Position numbers and translations under genes: made by a program. The notes beneath the pieces are model-generated. The model saw nothing but the letters and a program-made list of their open reading frames with translations. It had not been told where the DNA came from and did not search any database. Positions 5,467 to 11,713 of a stretch of 11,713 nt of DNA are shown piece by piece. Within the stretch, counting starts at the first letter, position 1. Every line of letters starts with the position of its first letter. Source of the DNA: a virus. The stretch is from IMG/VR virus record IMGVR_UViG_3300045988_012850, positions 1 to 11,713 of that record, one strand, 5' to 3'.

Positions 5467-6503
5467 TGGAGAAAGAAAATTTATATAACAGGTATCAAAC
5501 AGAAGTTAAAAACAAAGATTCTGCATTATTCACGTTTATGCAACGAGTTCTTTGTATGACTTCAAAGATGTTTGAATATACGGGCACACCCGAAACGATT
5601 CCGCCCGTTGAACTTGAAAAGATTCTGCAAACATCGGGTAACGTTGGAATAGCAGAAGTTAACGGTAAACTGTATGCGTTACAGGGTACACGTGGTGGTG
5701 AATGTGATGCCTATTATCGCGGCAAAGATTACACGGTAGCAAACCCGTGGTTAAATTTGAGCAAAACGTTCAAAATTGATTCCGATATTGTCGTTATCAA
5801 CAACACACCGTTTGCGGATTCGCTTTTGCCGTTAATTGGTAAATATGGTGTTCTTTACACCGATGCAACAATAACGCTCAATTTGGCTAGTATTTTAACT
5901 AGAATCACGATGATTATTTCTGCTAGTGACGATAAGACCAAACAAAGTGCTGAATCGTTTTTGCAGAAAATTTTAAACGGTGATTTTTCCGTTATCGGTG
6001 AAAATGCCTTTTTCAAAGGTGTTAATATGCAAACACCACTAGCACAGGGAAACCAACAAATCGGGCAATTAATTGAACTTTTGCAGTATTATAAGGCATC
6101 AATGTTTAACGATTTAGGTTTGAACGCAAACTATAATATGAAGCGTGAACGTTTGAACACGCAAGAAGTTTCGATGAATATAGATGCTTTAATGCCGTTT
6201 GTTGATTCAATGTTAACGGAACGTGTTGAGGGTGTTAAACGTGTTAACGAAATGTTTGGCACGGATATTACGGTAACGTTGGGGTCTAGTTGGAAAATTG
6301 AGCACGAAAACTATTTATCGTTGCTTAAAGCATCGGAAGACGGACACGACCACACCGACACGGAAGACGTTGACCCTGTAACGGAAAACGAACCAGAAGA
6401 AACGCAAGAAACAGAAGAAACGGAAACAGAAACAGAAGAAACGCAAGAAACAGAAGAAACAGAAACTGAAACAGAAGAAAACAAAGAAGACGATGAAAAT
6501 TAA
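5466..6503 (+). CDS. Portal / upper collar connector protein, phi29 gp10-like, 345 aa
   Basis: It is collinear with phi29 gp10 as I remember it. [27 protein letters not shown] matches [42 protein letters not shown] matches [29 protein letters not shown] matches INELYGLNVKVKF. The acidic C-terminal tail is expanded here. Confidence 0.9.
   Translation: [345 protein letters not shown]
6396..6482 (+). repeat. 39-bp in-frame tandem repeat (about 2.2 copies) encoding [13 protein letters not shown] at the portal C-terminus
   Basis: Units at 6396..6434 and 6435..6473 differ at 2 positions, and a partial third copy follows. Codon phase was verified ((6396-5466) is divisible by 3). Confidence 0.9.
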
Positions 6504-7062
6504 CGAACTTTTCACGGGTGAAAATGGTTTGTTTGAAAAAATCTTTGCGCCCCTGTTTCCTGTTTTGTACAAATCAATATTCGGGGAAGATGACCCGAAA
6601 TTAATAGATATTGATTTTCGTTTCAAATATGGAAACAAAATTCTTGTTGATGCCGTAACAAACGAAACCGCAAACGATATTGTTAAAAGCATTATCACGG
6701 TGAAGTTTGACGAATGGCAAAAACAAATTCAAGTGTTTAATAACGAATATGACGTGTTAAATCCGGTAACGTCAAAGACAACGGAAACAACAAGTAACAC
6801 CGTTGACGAAACAGGCAATAATAACACGGTCGATTCAAGTACAACGTTTAATAATGGAGATTTCGGAAATGATGCAAAACAACAGCGAGAATCCACAGGA
6901 AACCGACAAGAAACAGGCACGAAAACAAGTGTTAAGAATGGTTTGCCGTCTAGTGTTCCTGTTAGTGAAATTATTCAAAAAGAAATGAGTTTGCGCAAAA
7001 CCAATTTCAAAACGCAAGTTATTGCAGAACTTGCACATGGGTTAACAATAGATATTTATTAA
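6493..7062 (+). CDS. Virion-associated protein of unknown role, 189 aa (scaffold or lower-collar/adaptor candidate)
   Basis: It overlaps the portal stop by 11 nt and sits between the portal and capsid genes. It has an N-terminal globular part, a T/N/S-rich linker (TSKTTETTSNTVDETGNNNTVDSSTT) and a C-terminal helix. Function is assigned from position only. Confidence 0.7.
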   Translation: MKINELFTGENGLFEKIFAPLFPVLYKSIFGEDDPKLIDIDFRFKYGNKILVDAVTNETANDIVKSIITVKFDEWQKQIQVFNNEYDVLNPVTSKTTETTSNTVDETGNNNTVDSSTTFNNGDFGNDAKQQRESTGNRQETGTKTSVKNGLPSSVPVSEIIQKEMSLRKTNFKTQVIAELAHGLTIDIY

Positions 7063-7081
7063 TACTTAATTTTTATAAAAA

Positions 7082-8266
7082 ATGGAAGTAAAACAGATTT
7101 ATAGTTTAATTAACACCGTATCGAGTGAAGTATTGGGTGAAACCGATATTGTAAGTGAGGATTTAACGGGTATCGTTGATTTGGGTAACGAGATTTTTAA
7201 TCAGAATGCCGTTGATAATTACGTGAAGTCACTTGTGAATCACATCGGCAAAGTCGTTTTCGTAAACCGCCCTTATAGCGGCAAAGTTCCTAGCGTTTTG
7301 ATGGATGCTTGGGAATTTGGTAGCGTTTTGGAAAAAATATCAGCTGACGTTCCAAAAGCAGAAGAGAATGACACATGGAACTTACAGGACGGTATAGAGT
7401 ACAAACAGGACGTATTTCACAAACCGACCGTTTCGGCTAAGTTCTTCAACTCAAAGGTAACTTTTGAGGTACCCGTATCTATCACAGAAAGACAGGTAAA
7501 AGAATCTTTCAGCAGTGCAGAACAACTCAACGGCTTTTTGTCGATGATTTATTCAGCAGTTGAGAAGTCAATGACCATCAAGACAGATGCACTAGTTATG
7601 CGCACAATTAACAATATGATTGCGGAAACTTTGAACGCTGATAAAACCGCTTTCGGGTTTGTTTCATCAACAAATGAAACTGTCGATTACTCTACTGCGT
7701 CAACAGTTCGTTGTGTAAACCTGTTGAAACTTTACAACGATAAGACGGGCGCACAGTTGGCGGCAAACGTTGCCGTAACAACACCCGATTTTATCCGTTT
7801 TGCCGCTTACATTATGGGTTTGTATGCTGACCGTTTGCAGACCATTTCAACTTTGTTCAACGTTGGCGGTAAGGAACGTTTCACACCGAAAGATGTGCTG
7901 CATACCGTTTTGTTGAGTGACTTTGCAGCCGCTGCAAAAACCTACCTGTATGCCGATACGTTCCATAACGAGAATGTTTTGTTGCCACAGGCTGAAACCG
8001 TTGCAAGTTGGCAAGCAACAGGCAAAGATTACGCTTTCGCCAACGTTTCAAAGGTTGACGTTAAGAGTGCAAGCGGTGCAGACGTTTCTATCAGTGGCGT
8101 TTTGGGTGTGATGTTTGACCGCGACTCTTTGGGTGTTACAAATTTGGATAAGCGAGTAACAACCAACTACAACGCCAAAGCAGAATTTTTCAACAATTAC
8201 TTCAAATTCGATGCAGGCTACTTCAATGACACAAACGAAAACTTTGTTGTGTTCTTTGTTGCCTAA
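7082..8266 (+). CDS. Major capsid protein (putative), 394 aa
   Basis: It is the only ORF of suitable size in the head-gene position, after the portal and scaffold-like genes. The strongest hairpin terminator in the window follows it. The N-terminal pattern (LINTVSSEVLGE..IVSEDLTGIVDLG...DNYVKSLVNHIGKVV) resembles picovirus-type capsid proteins from memory. No search was run. Confidence 0.7.
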   Translation: MEVKQIYSLINTVSSEVLGETDIVSEDLTGIVDLGNEIFNQNAVDNYVKSLVNHIGKVVFVNRPYSGKVPSVLMDAWEFGSVLEKISADVPKAEENDTWNLQDGIEYKQDVFHKPTVSAKFFNSKVTFEVPVSITERQVKESFSSAEQLNGFLSMIYSAVEKSMTIKTDALVMRTINNMIAETLNADKTAFGFVSSTNETVDYSTASTVRCVNLLKLYNDKTGAQLAANVAVTTPDFIRFAAYIMGLYADRLQTISTLFNVGGKERFTPKDVLHTVLLSDFAAAAKTYLYADTFHNENVLLPQAETVASWQATGKDYAFANVSKVDVKSASGADVSISGVLGVMFDRDSLGVTNLDKRVTTNYNAKAEFFNNYFKFDAGYFNDTNENFVVFFVA

Positions 8267-8284
8267 TTTGATTGTTTAACTGTT

Positions 8285-8331
8285 GGGGTGTTCCTGTAGT
8301 TGATAGCACAGGAATGCCCCTTTTAATTTTT
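8285..8331 (+). terminator. Rho-independent terminator after the capsid gene
   Basis: ggggtgttcctgt (8285..8297) pairs with acaggaatgcccc (8308..8320) as a 13-bp stem with two G-U pairs, followed by ttttaattttt. Confidence 0.75.
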
Positions 8332-8335
8332 CGGT

Positions 8336-8779
8336 ATGATTAAAATCAAAACATTTGTTTATAACGGAAAACCAAACGAAGTGAATAAGACTTTACAGGC
8401 AAATGAAGAGTACACGGGCGTATTGAATGCAACGTTTAACGTTTTAACGCCTGTTGTGCGTTTCAGAACTCGCACGCCTGTTACGTTTAATTACGTTTAT
8501 ATTGAAAGTTTGAACCGTTATTATTTCGTTTCAGAAAAGCAACAAGACGGTGATATTTGCACAGTTCGTTTGCGTGTTGACGTTCTGTTTACTTATAAGG
8601 ATATTATCTTAAATAGTAAGGGAACGTTGACAAAGGGCGAAAATGTTAACGAATATCTTTCAAACCGTTCAAACGTTTTCGATTCACGCCCTAATATTAG
8701 GAAACTAGATTTTCCGAATAAAGAGTTGTTGAATGAAACAGGTAGTATTATTATGGTAACAATTAAGGGAAATGTTTAA
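8336..8779 (+). CDS. Tail protein resembling the N-terminal domain of phi29 tail-knob gp9, 147 aa
   Basis: NYVYIESLNRYYFVSEKQQDGDICTVRLRVDVLFTY resembles the gp9 segment SYIMFQN..KWFYAFVTELEF...VHFEIDVLQTW (from memory). The ORF ends 2 nt before the next tail ORF. Confidence 0.55.
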   Translation: MIKIKTFVYNGKPNEVNKTLQANEEYTGVLNATFNVLTPVVRFRTRTPVTFNYVYIESLNRYYFVSEKQQDGDICTVRLRVDVLFTYKDIILNSKGTLTKGENVNEYLSNRSNVFDSRPNIRKLDFPNKELLNETGSIIMVTIKGNV

Positions 8780-8781
8780 TT

Positions 8782-10344
8782 ATGAAAGTAACTTATAATA
8801 TTTCAGAACAAACAACCGTTATCGGTGACAAACCCGAAACGATAGAAAAAGGCGAAACTTTAAATTTGACCTTACAGGCAAACACGGGATATAAGTTTGA
8901 ACCCGTGCCGTTGGTTGCTATCAGAACAACAAGTTTCCAATATATCAACACAAACTTTGTTTTGGATTCCGCAGGGAAAAAAGCAACGATTTCTTATGAG
9001 ATTCCATCGAATGCTTCAACATGTACCGTTAAAGCGTTTACGGTTGAAAGCGCAGACCCTGTGCCCGAAACCGTCACAGTTACAAATACGTTGTCAAATT
9101 GTACTAGTTCGTTAAACAATGGCACGGTAAACAAAGGGGAAGAGATAACAATAACTTTAACCGCAAACACGGGGTTTTCTTTTTCGGGTGTTGCCCCAAC
9201 TATTGACTACGAAACAACGGGCACACCGTCACCAATTTTTAATGTATCTAGCGACAAATTAACGGCATCGGTGACAATTACCCCAAACGACAATTTTACA
9301 ATTAATGCCAACGCCTACGAAATTAAAACGTTTGTAAACGTTACATATAATTTAAAAAATTGTGTTTCAAGTTTGACGGGTAAAACTGTAGAAAAGGGCA
9401 AAGAAATTACGGTAACGGTAACGGCAAACGAAAACGCTATATTTGACGGAATCACACCAAACGTTTACTATCTAGAGCACGGAATACCAAAAACGGTAAA
9501 CTTCACGCTAGATACCGACAAGAAAACGGGAACGCTAACATTTACGCCAAATTTCAACTTTACTTTGAATGCCGATGCAAATATAGTTGAACCTGTTGCC
9601 AAAAATTACGGTGCAATTAATGTTTATAAAGTAAGTTTGGAAAATCTAGATGCTTTCAGTAAGCAACGTTTTTCTAAAGTGGTTAATGAAACAACAGGTG
9701 CAACACAAACCGTTAATTTGGGCGTATATGTGAACCGTATTAAGCGTATTTTTACAAACGTTCCTGTAAGTGGTACGGATAATTTGAAATGCGGTAACTA
9801 CGATACAAAAATTGTTGTAGAATCGCCAAAAACCGATATTATAACAATAGATTTCGGTAACATTACCCTTACAGGGTTAAACGGTAACAATGCCGATTTC
9901 GATGCAAAGATTTCGGTTTTTATCCCGTGCCGTGGGTTTGTTTCTGTTGATAGTTCGTATATTGGTAAGATGATTAATTTGTCTTTGAAAGTTAACATCG
10001 TTACGGGTGATGCTGTGGCGTTCCTATCGTGTGACAATGTATCGTTTCAGTTTGAAAGTTTTTCTTTGTCACGTGATGTTATTTATCGAACAGGGGATAA
10101 CGATTTAAATATTGTTGGCGGTGACGAATGGAACGAACAAATTTTGTATGGTTTAGAACCTTACGTTTTAATAACGGAAAATAAAACCGTTGACGTTGTA
10201 ATTAACAACACGCAAAAAGATGTAACGTTGAAAGACGTTACAGGGTTTGCACAGTTTGAAAACGTAAATTTGAACACTGCAAATTTGTTGGTAGATGAAT
10301 ATAACGAAATTGTTTCACAACTTGAAACAGGCGTTTATCTATAA
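8782..10344 (+). CDS. Tail / receptor-binding protein, 520 aa: three tandem ~90-aa beta-rich repeats plus a gp9-like C-terminal domain
   Basis: The repeats span aa 1-96, 97-183 and 184-271 (nt 8782..9594). They share v.kGe.it.tltAntGf.F, resembling InlB B-repeat / Listeria-Bacteroides repeat domains. The C-terminal segment KISVFIPCRGFVSVDSSYIGKMINLSLKVNIVTG resembles the central gp9 segment [26 protein letters not shown]. Confidence 0.7.
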   Translation: MKVTYNISEQTTVIGDKPETIEKGETLNLTLQANTGYKFEPVPLVAIRTTSFQYINTNFVLDSAGKKATISYEIPSNASTCTVKAFTVESADPVPETVTVTNTLSNCTSSLNNGTVNKGEEITITLTANTGFSFSGVAPTIDYETTGTPSPIFNVSSDKLTASVTITPNDNFTINANAYEIKTFVNVTYNLKNCVSSLTGKTVEKGKEITVTVTANENAIFDGITPNVYYLEHGIPKTVNFTLDTDKKTGTLTFTPNFNFTLNADANIVEPVAKNYGAINVYKVSLENLDAFSKQRFSKVVNETTGATQTVNLGVYVNRIKRIFTNVPVSGTDNLKCGNYDTKIVVESPKTDIITIDFGNITLTGLNGNNADFDAKISVFIPCRGFVSVDSSYIGKMINLSLKVNIVTGDAVAFLSCDNVSFQFESFSLSRDVIYRTGDNDLNIVGGDEWNEQILYGLEPYVLITENKTVDVVINNTQKDVTLKDVTGFAQFENVNLNTANLLVDEYNEIVSQLETGVYL

Positions 10345-10389
10345 AAGAAAACAGGCGGTAAAATGTTACCGCCTGTTTTATTATTTTTT
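10343..10389. terminator. Bidirectional intrinsic terminator at the convergent junction
   Basis: aaaacaggcggtaa (10348..10361) pairs with ttaccgcctgtttt (10366..10379) around a 4-nt loop. It is flanked by an A-run upstream and a T-run downstream. It sits exactly between the stop codons at 10344 (+) and 10381 (-). Confidence 0.8.
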
Positions 10390-10629
10390 GCCGTAAAACT
10401 CATTTAACAACCCTTTGTTATTGATAAACGTTAACAATGCGTTTCGTTCTGCTAGATACGTTTGCGCTTTTACTTCTAAAGCATCAATAAAAGTTAAGTC
10501 TGCCTGTAAGGTATCGGCGCACGAAGTCAACATCAAACCTTTTTCGCTATCCGAATCGTTGGCGACAGTTTCCAAACTTTTCTTTGTTAACGAAATGGAA
10601 TCTTTTAACAGTTGGAAATGTTCTTTCAT
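10381..10629 (-). CDS. Hypothetical helical protein, 82 aa, translationally coupled to the endolysin
   Basis: It has an ATGA start/stop overlap with the upstream endolysin gene (10626..10629). The sequence looks helical. No TM segment, signal peptide or known motif was seen. Confidence 0.65.
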   Translation of the reverse strand: MKEHFQLLKDSISLTKKSLETVANDSDSEKGLMLTSCADTLQADLTFIDALEVKAQTYLAERNALLTFINNKGLLNEFYGKK

Positions 10630-11051
10630 TTCTTTTCTAGATTCATTATAATTTGATTACGGGGTTTGCCGTTACGTGGGCAAACTGAAACGTGAAACCA
10701 AAACAAGTTAGGAAACCCTTTGCGGTGTTCTTTAATAAGTTGGTCAAAACCGCCTGTTTCTCTTAACACCGATTCAAGTTTTGCCATATCAGTACAAACC
10801 AAATCAGCCGCCAAACCTTTTTGGTGTTGACTGTTAACAACACCACCAACGGCTTTATTTAAGGCGGTGCAACGATAGCCACTACTAACAAGAATCGGTT
10901 TACCTAACTTTTCACGGATAACATCTAAATAATAGGCTAACTTATTCAAGTTATCTACTACCTCAAATGTAGGGGTGTTATCAATCCCTAAACGTTTTGC
11001 TGTTGCTGAGTTCAAAAACTCAGACAAGCTAAAATACTTAATCTTTTTCAT
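10626..11051 (-). CDS. Endolysin, peptidase M15 family (zinc D-Ala-D-Ala / L-Ala-D-Glu type peptidase), 141 aa
   Basis: It carries the Peptidase_M15_3-type signature FSLSEF...GKPILVSSGYRC..LN..VGG..NSQHQKGLAADL...WFHVSV, with an H..D..H zinc triad. There is no signal peptide. Confidence 0.9.
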   Translation of the reverse strand: MKKIKYFSLSEFLNSATAKRLGIDNTPTFEVVDNLNKLAYYLDVIREKLGKPILVSSGYRCTALNKAVGGVVNSQHQKGLAADLVCTDMAKLESVLRETGGFDQLIKEHRKGFPNLFWFHVSVCPRNGKPRNQIIMNLEKK

Positions 11052-11058
11052 ATCTATT

Positions 11059-11253
11059 TTATGTTGGAGAAACTACAAACCATTTACGACTGACTTCGTG
11101 TGTCGGGAATCTGCCTTTAACAGTTATAGAACAATCCCCCGAAAGAAAATCTATTTTGTTGTTAAAGAACTCGCTTACTTTGTCAGAACGTACCATATAA
11201 ACGGTAACGTTATTAACCTGTTTCAAAATGATTTTAAAATAACTATATTCCAT
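11059..11253 (-). CDS. Hypothetical small protein, 64 aa, first gene of the right arm
   Basis: I start at the internal ATG (11251..11253, MEYSYFKIIL...). The track start at 11295 lies inside the -7 promoter box of the right ITR. No motif recognised. Confidence 0.5.
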   Translation of the reverse strand: MEYSYFKIILKQVNNVTVYMVRSDKVSEFFNNKIDFLSGDCSITVKGRFPTHEVSRKWFVVSPT

Positions 11254-11292
11254 ATTCTTATTATTTAACTGTTTAACTTTTAATTTATGCTG

Positions 11293-11324
11293 CAAAGATA
11301 CAACGTTTTTGCGAAACCACCAAA
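11293..11324 (-). promoter_or_regulatory. Bacteroidota-type promoter firing inward from the right ITR
   Basis: Mirror image of 390..421. On the minus strand TTTG is at 11324..11321 and TATCTTTG at 11300..11293. Confidence 0.65.
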
Positions 11325-11377
11325 TTATTTCCGTTAAAAAGTCTTAAAGAAATAAATTAACTGTTGTTAACACTTGT

Positions 11378-11456
11378 TTGTTCCACGTGAGACAATTTTC
11401 ATCTTTCGCCATTTGTTCCACGTGAAACAACCGTTACCACCGTTCCACGTGAAACA
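11378..11456. promoter_or_regulatory. Three CACGTG-core boxes, right ITR copy
   Basis: Mirror of 258..336, e.g. gttccacgtgag at 11380..11391. Confidence 0.6.
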
Positions 11457-11477
11457 TTATTTTTATGAAAGTTTAAC

Positions 11478-11621
11478 AGTGTTAACGGTGTGTTAAATAT
11501 GTTAAATAATCGTAATTGTGGCACAGACAAAAAGCGTGCCAAAGTGTGTTAACGATGTGTTAAATGTGTTAAATAATCGTAATTGTGGCACAGAACAAAA
11601 AGCGTGCCAAAGTGTGTTAAC
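11478..11621. repeat. Tandem 68/67-nt repeat, right ITR copy
   Basis: Mirror of 93..236. It contains the two TGGCAC/GTGCCA palindromes and the phased TTAAC arrays. Confidence 0.92.
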
Positions 11622-11673
11622 AACTGTTAAAGATAGTTGGGAAATGTTAAATCTGCGTGCCTAGTGTACCTTT

Positions 11674-11713
11674 AGATCGGAAGAGCACACGTCTGAACTC
11701 CAGTCACAGGTTA
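11674..11713. other. Illumina TruSeq-type adapter read-through, a technical artefact
   Basis: agatcggaagagcacacgtctgaactccagtcac followed by aggtta (index bases). Confidence 0.95.

Larger units (their letters stand above)
11291..11673. repeat. Right inverted terminal repeat (ITR), 383 bp
   Basis: Exact reverse complement of 41..423. It ends ...GTGTACCTTT directly before the adapter. Confidence 0.97.

Noticed and set aside
6315-6698. Minus-strand 127-aa ORF with FCF/FFC repeats.
   Set aside because: It is the reverse-complement reading of the portal acidic GAA/ACA tandem repeat, so it is an artefact of the repeat.
6803-6988. 61-aa + strand ORF embedded out of frame in the 189-aa gene, with a hydrophobic C-terminus. 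I considered it as an overlapping lysis gene.
   Set aside because: The hydrophobic stretch (RMVCRLVFLLVKLF) is short and interrupted by charges. There is no independent start context. It cannot be supported from sequence alone.
10519-10533. Lipobox-like LTSC in the 82-aa ORF (possible outer-membrane spanin lipoprotein).
   Set aside because: The Cys is at residue 37, after a hydrophilic N-terminus with no signal-peptide hydrophobic core. The alternative Met just upstream would leave a 4-residue signal.
11254-11295. The upstream start (11295) given in the track for the right-arm first ORF.
   Set aside because: That ATG lies inside the -7 box of the right ITR promoter, so it would not be on the transcript. 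The internal ATG at 11253 was chosen instead.
1-11713. The possibility that the inverted ends are a fold-back or chimeric assembly artefact rather than real ITRs.
   Set aside because: The ITRs join different unique sequences on each side. Each provides a correctly oriented promoter for the adjacent genes. ITRs are also expected for a TP/pPolB replicon. Read mapping should still confirm this.

Overview
This window is a complete linear dsDNA phage genome flanked by sequencing adapters. Bases 1-40 and 11674-11713 are Illumina adapter read-through, a technical artefact. The biological molecule is 41..11673 (11,633 bp). It is AT-rich and bounded by perfect 383-bp inverted terminal repeats (ITRs) that begin 5'-AAAGG. 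I call 14 tightly packed genes in three transcription units. The left arm (+) has two small proteins, a putative terminal protein, a protein-primed family-B DNA polymerase and a phi29 gp16-like packaging ATPase. The centre (+) has a YvrJ-like membrane protein (holin candidate), a phi29 gp10-like portal, an unassigned structural protein, the major capsid protein and two tail proteins. The right arm (-) has a small protein, an M15-peptidase endolysin and a small helical protein. All three units start from the same promoter core (ATTTGGT, then TATCTTTGCA, i.e. the Bacteroidota-type TTTG / TAnnTTTG pair). The genes lack Shine-Dalgarno sequences. I therefore infer a Bacteroidota host for what otherwise looks like a miniature phi29-like (picovirus-like) podophage. 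Four things stand out. (1) The ITR architecture combines a GGCACGC half-site near the tip, phased TTAAC arrays, TGGCAC/GTGCCA palindromes, CACGTG operators and a promoter ending exactly at the ITR boundary. (2) A candidate -1 frameshift heptamer (G_GGA_AAT) would fuse the two tail ORFs into one gp9-like tail-knob protein. (3) The portal C-terminus carries an acidic tandem repeat. (4) The gp16-like ATPase has no room for a pRNA gene outside the ITRs. All homology statements come from motif recognition by eye and memory of reference proteins; no searches were run.
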